A stretch of 64,000 nt of DNA, from the IMG/VR virus record IMGVR_UViG_3300035698_035366, positions 1 to 64,000 of that record; one strand, written 5' to 3'. A model generated the notes under the pieces. The model made no database searches, had not been told where the DNA came from, and saw only the letters and a program-made list of their open reading frames with translations. Position numbers and translations under genes: made by a program. Each line of letters starts with the position of its first letter. Position 1 is the first letter of the stretch. This document shows positions 46,610-56,738 of the stretch, one piece after another.

Positions 46610-49492
46610 TTATTCTTCAGGTAATTGAGATCGAGACAGAGGAAGAGTTCGAAGTTGAGCCCGTCTACGGATTTCTTCAAATGATAATTTAGATAATTCA
46701 GCCAATTTTCTAGCATCTTCAGAAGTGCGGGCGGGTGCCTTTGGGATTGAATCAATAAGTTTTTTCTGTGCTGCTTCGTCTGCTGGAGACGGATCAATCC
46801 TTTTTGCTGACGCAAGAAGACCTTTCTGGGATGGGCCTTCTCTAGGTCTTTTCACCGCGATAGATTCAGCAGTTTTATTTACTTTTCCTTCAGATACTAA
46901 CGCTGGATCACCGACTGCATCAATGGATTTATCCTTCTTCTGATTTTCAACAATATCCAAAGATGATGTTGTTGTATCACGGACTGAAATTAATGTTTGC
47001 ATAAACTTACCATCGGTTCCAAATACAGTTTCAACTTCATTTACAACCCATAACCCACTAATCATGGCATTTTGAGTTAAAGACGCTACACCAGTTTCTT
47101 CAGTTGTGGCAAGTACATCCGGGGAATACATTTGAAACAACATCATTGGTTGGCCATATAGCGTCAATAATTCATTTTTATTGCGCTCTATCCCAGTATT
47201 TAAATCAGCGTTTGGCAACTCACTAGACCTAACAATATTATTAGTCTGCAAATTGACATTGTCAGCATCACTATCCGTTAAAATTTGATCTGTGGGTATT
47301 TGTATAAGAGAATTAAATATTTCATCAACTTGTGACCGAATTTTAACCAAAGTGTCAGGATTGTTTTTTGCTATAGATCCCTGAAAAGATAATGCTTGTG
47401 TTCTTTTTTGCAAATTTTTAATCTTTTCCAAATTAATAATATTATTAGAAAATAATGTTCGACCCTTAACAATAAATGTTTCAGCTGGGCTTGTTCCCAA
47501 CCACCAAGGATCTCCTCGAATTTGTAGTTCCATTTGTAATAAGTCGCCACCCTGCACAATATTATTAGCTAATGCATTAAACACCGATGTGGATTGTGGT
47601 TTTGATAAATTAAGCCCAGTAAATAAATCTGAATCTGACAAGTATCTAGCGGCACGGACAGGTGTAGAGATAACAGCATTCAATCCTTCTTGGGGTTTAT
47701 TTTCAATATCTTCAGCAAATATAGTTGATCCTTTCTTAAATTCTTCCAAAGATCGTTTACGAGCACGTTCAGCGGTAACTGCGGGTCCCAGACTAAATAA
47801 CAACGCGGCTTGTTCTCGCTGCAATCGGCTTAATTCTCTCGTTTTATCATTAGTTGCATCGCGACGGGTGCCTGCATCCGCATCATCTACTGGAACATTA
47901 TTTATTTCGTTATCCAATTCATCAATTTTTGATTGTAATGCTTCTAGTGCTGCTTCCATATCTTCTGCATTGAAAGCATCAGTTTGTTTTGAATTGATTG
48001 CAAATTTACCATCAACAGATTCAATTAGTGGTGACGCTGCACCAATATTAGTAGCTGATTTGAAATTGCTATTTGGTGCGATAAAAGAATAAAACAATGT
48101 ATTGTATTCCAAATTCATTTGCTCCACATCAACATTATCGCGGCCAAAAATATAGGTATACTTTTTTTGAACACTTCGAACAGCGGTGGCTTGGATTTTT
48201 TTCTGTGCTAAATCTCGCAAGGTTCCCCGTGGGTCTTTCATTGACGCAATTCTATCATCCATTACTTTAACCCATGCACTTACACCATCATATGGATAGA
48301 TGTTATAAATGATTATTTTGTTATAATCCTTAACTTTTAGATTATAATCTAAATAAAATACTTCAGGAACAATTTTAATAAATTTTAGAAATGGTGGTAG
48401 CTTATGTTTTTTCTCTTTATCTTCGTTAGATACAGGATCTCTTCCATCCCTATTAGTTTTTGCATCTTGCACATCATCAAGTTTTGGAAATATTTGATTA
48501 AGAATTAAATCCTGCCCCCAATTAGTAGCGGCGATCATCGCTTGTATAATTGCTGGATAACGTTTTCTATTAGGAACAGTGAATTGTTTTATATCACCCG
48601 TTATATCATCACTAGTTTTACTATAATCACCAGCTTTGTTTTCAAAATTAGGATCTGTTGTAAAATTTAATTTTTCCCATTTGATGTCATCAGTATCACT
48701 TGCATAGGATCCCTTAATTTCATGAAATACAAAATATGGCAATTCTAGAGGATGTGAATCAGTAACAGCTAATCTTAATGCAGTTTTTTGTGCATTATCC
48801 TGGAATTGTTTCATAATTCTGATGAACTCACCTTCGCCGGCGCCGATCATCAAATTCATTGATTCTTCGGTTCTTCCAGATATATCATTCAAGAATCGAT
48901 GTCCTGACTCAATTGCTGATAATGTATAAACACTGCCTTGTGATTCAACCTTCATATCAATTTTAGTAATTGTAATTCTATACAATTTTTTTAATTTTGA
49001 TGAAATATTGGTAGTTAGCGTTTCACCATCTTTATATCCAACAAACGAAACTTCTAGATACCAAGGTATAATTGAATAATTTTCAATTCCAAGATTATCA
49101 GCGGAAATTCGTATCAAATCCATAAATTTTGTACCAAATGGTTCAATAACTTTGAACTCTATATTTTGTGCTACACCAGAGGGTTTATTTGGTTTATGTG
49201 ATACAACATTTCTTATTCGAACATCTTCTATGTATAAACTTGTTCTCCCAGACTGGGCGAGGGTAATTTGCGGAACACTAGCTATAACATCTAAAAAGTC
49301 ATTACTACTTGTTGAATTACTAGTTTCATTAATTTTGTCATTCAGAATTCTTTCATTCAACATGAACAATTTGAAATTAACTGTGTAATTTCCATAAGAA
49401 TTCAGCTCATTATCTTGGAAATCAAAATCAATATTGACTTTGGCTCTGGAATCTTTTTCAGTTGGAAAAATTTGCTTTGGTTTATCAGCCAT
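46610..49492 (-). CDS. Probable baseplate hub/tail protein, 960 aa
   Basis: Lies between gp53-like and gp5-like genes; N-terminal NELNSYGNYT.NFKLF and C-terminal MELQIRGDPWWLG...SGLWVVNEVETVF. Confidence 0.65.
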   Translation of the reverse strand: MADKPKQIFPTEKDSRAKVNIDFDFQDNELNSYGNYTVNFKLFMLNERILNDKINETSNSTSSNDFLDVIASVPQITLAQSGRTSLYIEDVRIRNVVSHKPNKPSGVAQNIEFKVIEPFGTKFMDLIRISADNLGIENYSIIPWYLEVSFVGYKDGETLTTNISSKLKKLYRITITKIDMKVESQGSVYTLSAIESGHRFLNDISGRTEESMNLMIGAGEGEFIRIMKQFQDNAQKTALRLAVTDSHPLELPYFVFHEIKGSYASDTDDIKWEKLNFTTDPNFENKAGDYSKTSDDITGDIKQFTVPNRKRYPAIIQAMIAATNWGQDLILNQIFPKLDDVQDAKTNRDGRDPVSNEDKEKKHKLPPFLKFIKIVPEVFYLDYNLKVKDYNKIIIYNIYPYDGVSAWVKVMDDRIASMKDPRGTLRDLAQKKIQATAVRSVQKKYTYIFGRDNVDVEQMNLEYNTLFYSFIAPNSNFKSATNIGAASPLIESVDGKFAINSKQTDAFNAEDMEAALEALQSKIDELDNEINNVPVDDADAGTRRDATNDKTRELSRLQREQAALLFSLGPAVTAERARKRSLEEFKKGSTIFAEDIENKPQEGLNAVISTPVRAARYLSDSDLFTGLNLSKPQSTSVFNALANNIVQGGDLLQMELQIRGDPWWLGTSPAETFIVKGRTLFSNNIINLEKIKNLQKRTQALSFQGSIAKNNPDTLVKIRSQVDEIFNSLIQIPTDQILTDSDADNVNLQTNNIVRSSELPNADLNTGIERNKNELLTLYGQPMMLFQMYSPDVLATTEETGVASLTQNAMISGLWVVNEVETVFGTDGKFMQTLISVRDTTTSSLDIVENQKKDKSIDAVGDPALVSEGKVNKTAESIAVKRPREGPSQKGLLASAKRIDPSPADEAAQKKLIDSIPKAPARTSEDARKLAELSKLSFEEIRRRAQLRTLPLSRSQLPEE

Positions 49493-49495
49493 AAA

Positions 49496-49792
49496 TTATG
49501 CTCTTTCAATGTTATCTATACTCGGAATACGAATCTCCAACCCTTCAACAAGATCATAAATCGGATCTTTAATAATATCAACATTGCGTGAAATGAAAAC
49601 CCACCAATAATCAGGTGTCCCATAAAAGCGCGTTGATACTAAATCAGGGCGGTGAACAAATTGTCCAGTTATTATAAATCGATCATCACCGTCAGAGGAT
49701 AGAATATCAACAGGGGTCAATATATCAAGATATTGACTGAACTGTCGAGTTTGTGAATATGGTGACCTTGAAGAGTATTTTACTTGTGCCAT
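49496..49792 (-). CDS. Baseplate wedge protein, gp53/LysM-like, ~98 aa
   Basis: HRPDLVSTRFYGTPDYWWVF..RN...DPIYDL..G..IRIP; TAATG coupling to the upstream gene. Confidence 0.8.
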   Translation of the reverse strand: MAQVKYSSRSPYSQTRQFSQYLDILTPVDILSSDGDDRFIITGQFVHRPDLVSTRFYGTPDYWWVFISRNVDIIKDPIYDLVEGLEIRIPSIDNIERA

Positions 49793-50778
49793 TACCACCA
49801 TCCTCCGCCGCTTTGTTTAAGACCCTTGCCACCTGGACCATTAACAAGTAATTTACCACTTCTAAATTCATCTAAATTGAACGTTCGAACCTGTTTCGGT
49901 GTTCTGGTAACCTTTAAGGTAATACTGAATGTAAATTTAGATGGAAGCCATGCCCTTGAATAAGTTGTATCATTACCTACACCAGATTTCAATGCCAACG
50001 ATTTTTTAAGTTCGTGTTGTTCTCTAGAATCACTTACTACACCACAATTTGTTAGATCAGCATTACTAACCAAACTCTGCAACTGGGAGTTACTGGATGT
50101 TACGGGTATTTCAACGTAATCAGTATCATTGTTAAAATCCATTGCATATTGCGTCATAACAACCGGTAACTTATTAAACACATATTCACCGTAGCCACTA
50201 AAATGAAGGATTGGTGGTGGGGTTCCACCTCTTGAATCATTACTTCCAAAATACATTTTTGTCACTGTTCTAGCAAAATGCAAACAAGCTAACGCATATC
50301 TTCCCTCATCAATGTTCTGCACTGTTAACTCAGTAGTTATTGTAATAGTTGGGCTTGGTGTTCTTTGATATGCCGAGAAATCGGTAATGGAATGAATTGG
50401 AGTATATTCCCCATACGATGCCTGAAAATCTGTCGTTATTGTTGGCGTATATGGGAACAAAATTCCACCATGCTCTTTTAACGGGTGTAACAAATGAGAT
50501 TGATCATCACCTGATCCGCCACCAAACAACACTTGCCTCGTACCACCAACATCAAGGTTGTTTTTAACGAAATTATATGCTGTCAAACGGACTCGATGTT
50601 CAACATTGGCAGGTTTTTTCAAATCTTTATCAGCTTTAGATGTTGATACATCAGTTGCACCAGTTACTGGATTTTGACTTGCTTGACCAACCAGATTTTT
50701 TGTCTGATTAGCTGCCCTAGTGGTCGCGTTTTGTGCGGCTTGTTCAAACCCACTCAAATCTGTAAACGTAGTAGCCAT
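49792..50778 (-). CDS. Tail tube initiator / baseplate protein (gp48/gp54-like), ~328 aa
   Basis: GILFPYTPTI, GTPPPILHFSGYGEYVF.KLPVVMT motifs; GAGGA RBS before ATG 50778. Confidence 0.65.
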   Translation of the reverse strand: MATTFTDLSGFEQAAQNATTRAANQTKNLVGQASQNPVTGATDVSTSKADKDLKKPANVEHRVRLTAYNFVKNNLDVGGTRQVLFGGGSGDDQSHLLHPLKEHGGILFPYTPTITTDFQASYGEYTPIHSITDFSAYQRTPSPTITITTELTVQNIDEGRYALACLHFARTVTKMYFGSNDSRGGTPPPILHFSGYGEYVFNKLPVVMTQYAMDFNNDTDYVEIPVTSSNSQLQSLVSNADLTNCGVVSDSREQHELKKSLALKSGVGNDTTYSRAWLPSKFTFSITLKVTRTPKQVRTFNLDEFRSGKLLVNGPGGKGLKQSGGGWW

Positions 50779-50807
50779 AATAATCCTCAAGTATTCATAC
50801 TATTAAG

Positions 50808-50815
50808 TATTTATA
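50808..50815 (-). promoter_or_regulatory. T4-type late promoter TATAAATA
   Basis: Perfect match 29 nt upstream of the baseplate operon start. Confidence 0.65.
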
Positions 50816-50873
50816 TCACTAAATATATAGGTAGTTAATTAAAAAAAATTTTACAGTAAATTAATGTAAAATA

Positions 50874-50902
50874 TTGATTTTACACCACGAACAGTGTATT
50901 AT
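50874..50902 (+). promoter_or_regulatory. Sigma70-type promoter for the late sigma gene
   Basis: TTGATT-17 nt-TATTAT. Confidence 0.5.
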
Positions 50903-50984
50903 TATTGTAATAATCTTTTTGTAATGTTATAACGTTGCAAAAACGAGTTGCGATTAATAATTAATAATAATCTAGGAGTACTCT

Positions 50985-51902
50985 ATGGCCCGTAGGAATT
51001 ACCTCAACAACCGCGATCTTTTATTAGAAATACACAAAAGCAAACTTACCTTCTGCGAATATTTGGACGATAAACATCTATACCACGATGTCATTGTTAA
51101 TGATCTAAGCGAAATCAATTCAACCCTGATAAAGGAAACCCTTGAAGAAAAGGCAAACAAAATAACAAGGGATAAAAGAGCAGCAAATAGAGAAGAAGGC
51201 ATCAAAGAAACAGTTGAACCAATTGATCCAGAAACATTATTGGTTGATGATCTTGTTTTCCGTGTTATGACTTTTGAACACGTTCCCAAAACAGAAGAAC
51301 GGATCAGAAAAGCAAAAACCTCTGATCAAGAACACACAAAATGCAATTTTCCACCATTCAAACATTATATTCTTGAAAACTTTCGAGTTAATCGTTTAGG
51401 TAATTATACCGACCTCGAGTTTAAAGAGGTTCTGCGTTCACATTGGGAAGGTGGATTCGATAATGGGCATTTTGTTCTTGAAAAAGGAAAGATTTCAGAA
51501 AAATTAGCTCGCATGTTTATGCTCCTTGTTTCCCGTAATGGTATGAAAGGTAATTGGAGAAATTATACATACAATGATGAAATGCAGGGTCAAGCGTTAC
51601 TTCAATTGAGCCAAGTTGGTCTACAATTTAATGAGGCAAAATCATCTAACCCATTTTCATATTATACTGAAACTGTAAATCATTCGTTTACTCGCATATT
51701 AAATAACGAAAAGAAGGGACAGAAAATCAGAGATGACATACTTATCGCTAGTGGTGCATCACCATCATATACCCGTCAAGTAGAAAATGATATGGAATTG
51801 AAAAAATTGGGCGAGGAGCAAGGGTGGGCCAAACCATTAGAACGAAAACCAGGGAGACCAGGACGGAAGCCCGCAAATAAAACAATACCATTACCCGAGT
51901 AA
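50985..51902 (+). CDS. Sigma factor for late transcription, T4 gp55-like, 305 aa
   Basis: NYLNNRDLL N-terminus; NWRNYTYNDEM, FNEAKSSNPFSYYT, FTRILNNEKK motifs; upstream of gp47/gp46 as in T4-like phages. Confidence 0.85.
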   Translation: MARRNYLNNRDLLLEIHKSKLTFCEYLDDKHLYHDVIVNDLSEINSTLIKETLEEKANKITRDKRAANREEGIKETVEPIDPETLLVDDLVFRVMTFEHVPKTEERIRKAKTSDQEHTKCNFPPFKHYILENFRVNRLGNYTDLEFKEVLRSHWEGGFDNGHFVLEKGKISEKLARMFMLLVSRNGMKGNWRNYTYNDEMQGQALLQLSQVGLQFNEAKSSNPFSYYTETVNHSFTRILNNEKKGQKIRDDILIASGASPSYTRQVENDMELKKLGEEQGWAKPLERKPGRPGRKPANKTIPLPE

Positions 51903-51905
51903 ATA

Positions 51906-51934
51906 TTGAATTATGACAAGTATTCGTTTATAAT
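51906..51934 (+). promoter_or_regulatory. Sigma70-type promoter
   Basis: TTGAAT-17 nt-TATAAT upstream of the gp47-like gene. Confidence 0.55.
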
Positions 51935-51963
51935 TACTATAATAATTTAAGCATAGGATAATA

Positions 51964-52989
51964 ATGAATAATCAATTATTTAATAAAGTAGCGTGCTTCA
52001 CCGATATTCACTTTGGCAAGAGCTCAAATTCTGAAGATTATAACGTCAAATGTGATCAGTTCGTTGATTGGTTTATTGAAAAATCAAAAGCTGCTGGTGC
52101 TGAAAGTTGTATTTTTCTAGGGGACTGGCATGAAAGCCGTATTAGTCTACAAGTAAAAACACTCAACTATAGTCTCCGGTGTATGGAAAAACTATCTGAA
52201 GCTTTTGATAATTTCTGGTTTATTCCGGGCAATCATGATATTTTCCATAGAACAAAGAGAGAATATAACTCCATTGTAATGGGTAGAAATCTTAGCAATA
52301 TTAACATCGTAAATGATATTTTTTGCGAAGGTAATGTTGCTATTGTTCCTTGGTTAGTTGGCGACGAATGGAAAAAAGTACGAAAGCTTAAATGTCGATA
52401 CATGTTCGGGCATTTTGAATTACCAAGATTCTTAATGAATGCAATGGTAGAGATGGGTGATCATGGGGGATTAAAATCAGAAGACTTGAAAGGTCCAGAA
52501 TTTGTATTCTCCGGCCACTTCCACAAGCGACAAGTCCGTGATAATATCATTTATATCGGTAATGCATTCCCGCAAAACTATACTGATGCGTGGGATGATG
52601 ATCGTGGCATGATGCTATTAGAATGGGGTAAGGAGCCTGAGTTCTTTACGTGGCAAGATCAACCTCTCTTCCGAACCTATAATCTTTCAGATATTATTGA
52701 GGAGCCAGAGAAGCACATATACAAGCACATTAATGCTCGGGTTACTGTTGATATCGAAATGTCGTATGAAGAGTCGCAGGTTCTGAAAGAAACTTTTCGG
52801 TCTGCTTTTGGTGCAAATGATATCAAATTCTTACACAAACATACTGAAGTTGAAGATGCGCAATGGGATGAAAATGTTGTGTTCCAATCAGTTGATCAAA
52901 TTGTGGTGGAAGGTTTAACTTCATTAGATGAAAAATCAGCTTATGATAAGAATCTTTTGGTAGGTATATACAACCAAATAGGCGAGTAA
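51964..52989 (+). CDS. Recombination endonuclease subunit, gp47/SbcD/Mre11-like, 341 aa
   Basis: FTDIHFG, FLGDWH, PGNHD, FGHFE, FSGHFH motifs. Confidence 0.92.
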   Translation: MNNQLFNKVACFTDIHFGKSSNSEDYNVKCDQFVDWFIEKSKAAGAESCIFLGDWHESRISLQVKTLNYSLRCMEKLSEAFDNFWFIPGNHDIFHRTKREYNSIVMGRNLSNINIVNDIFCEGNVAIVPWLVGDEWKKVRKLKCRYMFGHFELPRFLMNAMVEMGDHGGLKSEDLKGPEFVFSGHFHKRQVRDNIIYIGNAFPQNYTDAWDDDRGMMLLEWGKEPEFFTWQDQPLFRTYNLSDIIEEPEKHIYKHINARVTVDIEMSYEESQVLKETFRSAFGANDIKFLHKHTEVEDAQWDENVVFQSVDQIVVEGLTSLDEKSAYDKNLLVGIYNQIGE

Positions 52990-52991
52990 AT

Positions 52992-53429
52992 ATGCAGCCA
53001 AAATCAGAATATCTAAGATACCATAAGATATGGAGAAATGCTGAAATAGAGGAGATATATAAAGAAACTATGGTAGAATTTTTATATTCAAATTCACATT
53101 TTTTAGAAGCACCATTAGGTCATGCAACACTAGATTATGTATATTCTATACAATTTCAGTTGCCTGGTAGTTTTTCTAGATCAAAATATTTAAGATTACT
53201 TGATGAAATAAATGATCATTTTAATGAACAATTAGAAAGTCACAATTTTTTCTATCTAACAATCGGGGATGAATGTTTTGTGATTTTTATGGAATGTTCT
53301 GAAGAGATAGACGATGTGTTGTTGAAACTCGCAACTTCGTCACAAGTGTTAAATCAACACACTAAAGAAGAATATAATAAAAGTGTTGATGAGATTAATT
53401 TAACCCGCAATACAAAATATAATCCGTAA
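52992..53429 (+). CDS. Hypothetical protein, 145 aa, between gp47 and gp46
   Basis: AT-rich ORF 2 nt after the gp47 stop. Confidence 0.6.
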   Translation: MQPKSEYLRYHKIWRNAEIEEIYKETMVEFLYSNSHFLEAPLGHATLDYVYSIQFQLPGSFSRSKYLRLLDEINDHFNEQLESHNFFYLTIGDECFVIFMECSEEIDDVLLKLATSSQVLNQHTKEEYNKSVDEINLTRNTKYNP

Positions 53430-53495
53430 AAATCAAGTACAAATACGGTATCAACATATAATTATTCATAAGAAGATATGAAGGAATAGAAATAA

Positions 53496-55748
53496 ATGTT
53501 AACGATCAAATCTATAACTATGAAAAATTTCCTGAGTGTAGGTAATGTTACGCAAGCAATCAATTTATCTGATAAAGGGTTGACACTTGTTCTAGGACAA
53601 AACATTGATCTTGGTACCGATGGTTCACGAAATGGTGTTGGTAAATCTACCATCATCCAAGCGTTATGTTATGGGTTATATGGTACTCCGTTAACAAATA
53701 TTAAAAAAGATAATTTAATCAACAAAACAAATGAAAAAAATATGTTTGTTACGGTTGAGTTTTCAAAGAATGACATTAACTATAAAATTGAACGCGGTCG
53801 GAAACCAAACACGATACGATTTCTAGTTAATGATAAACAATTCAATACCGATGAAGAAGGTGATGATGAAGCACATGGCGACATGCGGGTTACACAGTTG
53901 CATATCAATAGTATTCTTGGCCTATCACGAGAAATGTTTAAACATATTTTCGCTCTAAATACGGTTACTGAACCTTTCCTTGCGCTTGGTGCTCACCCAC
54001 AAAGACAAATTATCGAAGAACTACTTGGTGTTACCCAATTATCTGAAAAGGGTGAAAAACTAAAAGAACTGAATCGGACAACAAAGGAATCAATTACGTC
54101 TGAAGAATTTCGTATCAAATCTATGCAAGAAGCTAATAGCACTATTCAATCAAATATTAATAATTTAAAGACTAGAGCAAGTGGTTGGAAAGTAAAGCAT
54201 AAGAAGGATATTAATGATGTGATCAATGCGTTAGATCAATTGTCTCATGTTTCAATCGACGATGAAATTTCTATCCATAAAGCGTTAATTGTTGTCAAGG
54301 AATTAACAACAGAAAAAGATACCATTCAATCAAATATTAATAACCTGAAGAATAGATCAAATAGTTGGGGATTGAAACATGAGAAGGACATTAACGATGT
54401 GATTAATACATTAGATCAATTGTCTCATGTTTCAATCGATGATGAAATCTCTATTCATAAATCTTTAATTGTTGCTGAAGGATTAAGAACGGAAAAAGAT
54501 ACTATTGATATAAAATTGAAGACAGAGAATAAAAATAAAACGAGAATTGAAAAACAAATAAGTAGCTATAAAACACAGATTAGTGGTATAGACAGGCAAA
54601 TTGAAACAACCAACGAGCAATTGAAGAAAGCAGAAGAGCACGGTTGCCCAACTTGTGGTCAGGAATTGCATGACGAAAAACATGAGGAAATTGTAAATTC
54701 TATTAAAAATACTTTAGACGACCTTACACAGCAAATAACTGAATTAAACAATGATATTAATGAGTTAGAAACATCTTTGTTGGAAATAGTTAAAACAATC
54801 GACGGTATAAACGCCAATATCGAAGCAGTTGAAAAAAGTATAGAAGAAATGGGAGAAATTTCTACTCCATTCTATTCGGATATTGAGGAAGCATACAATC
54901 ATCGCGGCTCCTTTGAAAGTTTACAACGTGAGAAAGAGCGCATCGAGAGTGAAATTAATCCTTTCGATGAACAAATTGAACACTTTAATGTCAATTTCGA
55001 ATCGGTTGAAAAAAGTATAGAAGAAATGGGAGAAATATCAACTCCGTTCTATTCAGATATTGAGGAAGCCTATAATCACCGTAGCTCTTTAGAAGAATTA
55101 AAGCGTGAGAAAGACCGCATTGAGGGTGAAATTAACCCTTTCGATGAACAAATTGAACAACTTACGGAAAATGGTTTACAGGAAGTTTCATATGATCAAT
55201 TGAATTCGCTCACCACACAACGGGAACATCAAGAATTTCTTATCAAACTCCTCCTCAATAAGGACTCATTTATTCGAAAGAAAATCATTGAACAAAACCT
55301 TGCGTACCTTAATCATCGACTGAACAGTTACCTAGATAAACTCGGCTTGCCACATGAAGTTATTTTCCGCAATGATCTTTCTGTAGAAATTACTGAACTT
55401 GGTAGGGATTTTGATTTTGATAATTTAAGCCGCGGTGAAAGAAACCGTTTGATACTTGGACTTAGCTTTAGTTTTCGAGATGTTTGGGAAAGTTTGAACA
55501 TGAGCTGCAATCTAATGTTCATTGACGAACTAATTGATTCCGGAATGGATCCAGTCGGGGTTGAAAATTCTCTAAGTGTATTGAAAAGTATGGGAAGAGA
55601 TCAAGGCAAGGACGTATTCCTTATCAGTCACAAGGAAGAGCTATTATCAAGAGTAAGCCGAGTCATGTTGGTGAAGAAAGAAGGCGGGTTCACTAACTTC
55701 GTTGAGGACGTTGAGGATATTGAAGAAGTTGAAATAGATTTAGATTAA
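53496..55748 (+). CDS. Recombination ATPase subunit, gp46/SbcC/Rad50-like, 750 aa
   Basis: KNFLSVGN, Walker A GSRNGVGKST, zinc hook CPTC, signature LSRGE, Walker B FIDELID, FLISH. Confidence 0.93.
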   Translation: MLTIKSITMKNFLSVGNVTQAINLSDKGLTLVLGQNIDLGTDGSRNGVGKSTIIQALCYGLYGTPLTNIKKDNLINKTNEKNMFVTVEFSKNDINYKIERGRKPNTIRFLVNDKQFNTDEEGDDEAHGDMRVTQLHINSILGLSREMFKHIFALNTVTEPFLALGAHPQRQIIEELLGVTQLSEKGEKLKELNRTTKESITSEEFRIKSMQEANSTIQSNINNLKTRASGWKVKHKKDINDVINALDQLSHVSIDDEISIHKALIVVKELTTEKDTIQSNINNLKNRSNSWGLKHEKDINDVINTLDQLSHVSIDDEISIHKSLIVAEGLRTEKDTIDIKLKTENKNKTRIEKQISSYKTQISGIDRQIETTNEQLKKAEEHGCPTCGQELHDEKHEEIVNSIKNTLDDLTQQITELNNDINELETSLLEIVKTIDGINANIEAVEKSIEEMGEISTPFYSDIEEAYNHRGSFESLQREKERIESEINPFDEQIEHFNVNFESVEKSIEEMGEISTPFYSDIEEAYNHRSSLEELKREKDRIEGEINPFDEQIEQLTENGLQEVSYDQLNSLTTQREHQEFLIKLLLNKDSFIRKKIIEQNLAYLNHRLNSYLDKLGLPHEVIFRNDLSVEITELGRDFDFDNLSRGERNRLILGLSFSFRDVWESLNMSCNLMFIDELIDSGMDPVGVENSLSVLKSMGRDQGKDVFLISHKEELLSRVSRVMLVKKEGGFTNFVEDVEDIEEVEIDLD
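54141..54500 (+). repeat. In-frame tandem duplication, 2 x 180 bp (60 aa), in the gp46 N-terminal coil
   Basis: Units start ACTATTCAATCAAATATTAATAA (54141) and ACCATTCAATCAAATATTAATAA (54321). Confidence 0.92.
54816..55160 (+). repeat. In-frame tandem duplication, 2 x 177 bp (59 aa), in the gp46 C-terminal coil
   Basis: GTTGAAAAAAGTATAGAAGAAATGGGAGAAAT at 54828 and 55005. Confidence 0.92.
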
Positions 55749-55848
55749 TTCATATCCCCATCCCTCGGGTACTACACCGTTTAATCGTGTAGGTATTATA
55801 ATACTCCAGTTGAAATCCAATGTATTGATATTTAACCAACACTGGAAA

Positions 55849-56022
55849 TTAAACTGTTATATCGATAATTTTACCCCTATCTTTATTCGTAGATTGGTGG
55901 TCTTTCTTAGAATTTTGATTGTATGAAGATGAATCACTCGGAGACTCAGGTGGTAGAACAACACCATCCTTAATAGTATGTGTAATTTTTCTCATATTAC
56001 CTTGTAATATAGGCAAATTCAT
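55849..56022 (-). CDS. Small protein, 57 aa
   Basis: GGAG RBS before ATG 56022; own promoter TTGCAA-16-TATAAT (minus strand, 56074-56047). Confidence 0.55.
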   Translation of the reverse strand: MNLPILQGNMRKITHTIKDGVVLPPESPSDSSSYNQNSKKDHQSTNKDRGKIIDITV

Positions 56023-56046
56023 TACAACTCTCCATTTACTAAAAAT

Positions 56047-56117
56047 ATTATAACACAATTATATAAAATTGCAAGCATTTTTTGTAAGGTTGACATCTAT
56101 TTGTATCATGTTATCAT
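56047..56117. promoter_or_regulatory. Back-to-back sigma70-type promoters
   Basis: Minus: TTGCAA(56074-56069)-16-TATAAT(56052-56047). Plus: TTGACA(56090)-16-TATCAT(56112); both with TG extension. Confidence 0.6.
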
Positions 56118-56123
56118 TATAAC

Positions 56124-56738
56124 ATGGAATACAATTTTACAAAGTTTAGCAGCAAGCCATTAATATCTTCACGTCATAGTTCCGACGATAAAGAAGAATT
56201 TATCAATTTATTTGAATTTGTTAAAAGTAATAAAATTATGACTAAACCAAACCCTGGGTGGGATAATTTTAGTATTGAAATCCTTCAAGGACTTTTAAAT
56301 ATAAAAAATTATTCAATTATCAATATTACTAATGCAAGCCCGTACGAAATAAACAGGATATGCTCAACAATAAACAGCACTAAGTGGGGCCGGGATATAC
56401 CGTTCAAATCTCGCATCACTGGGACTATCGATGATTGTAACGATGAAGTGTGGGCTTACCAAGAAACTGGTAATTTCTTTTTCGTCGAAGAAAATGTTGA
56501 ACCAATATTATTAAATTTTATTAATGATATTATTGATCAATTTGAACCTAAAAATTACACAGTTTTTGTTGATGATGTTTCAGTTGTCAATGAAGCTTAT
56601 TATAATTATTTAGAGATAGTAAACGATATTAATATATTCAATCAACGATACACAAAATTTATAAATACATCTGAAATTGTACATATTTATCACTTTTCTT
56701 CTAAAGACGATGCATTGGAATTTAAGCTTAGTATATAG
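56124..56738 (+). CDS. Hypothetical protein, 204 aa (FSSKDDALEFKL motif)
   Basis: ORF downstream of a sigma70-type promoter. Confidence 0.65.
   Translation: MEYNFTKFSSKPLISSRHSSDDKEEFINLFEFVKSNKIMTKPNPGWDNFSIEILQGLLNIKNYSIINITNASPYEINRICSTINSTKWGRDIPFKSRITGTIDDCNDEVWAYQETGNFFFVEENVEPILLNFINDIIDQFEPKNYTVFVDDVSVVNEAYYNYLEIVNDINIFNQRYTKFINTSEIVHIYHFSSKDDALEFKLSI

Noticed and set aside
56660-56667. Additional TATAAATA match
   Set aside because: Inside an AT-rich CDS with no gene start downstream on that strand nearby; likely chance.
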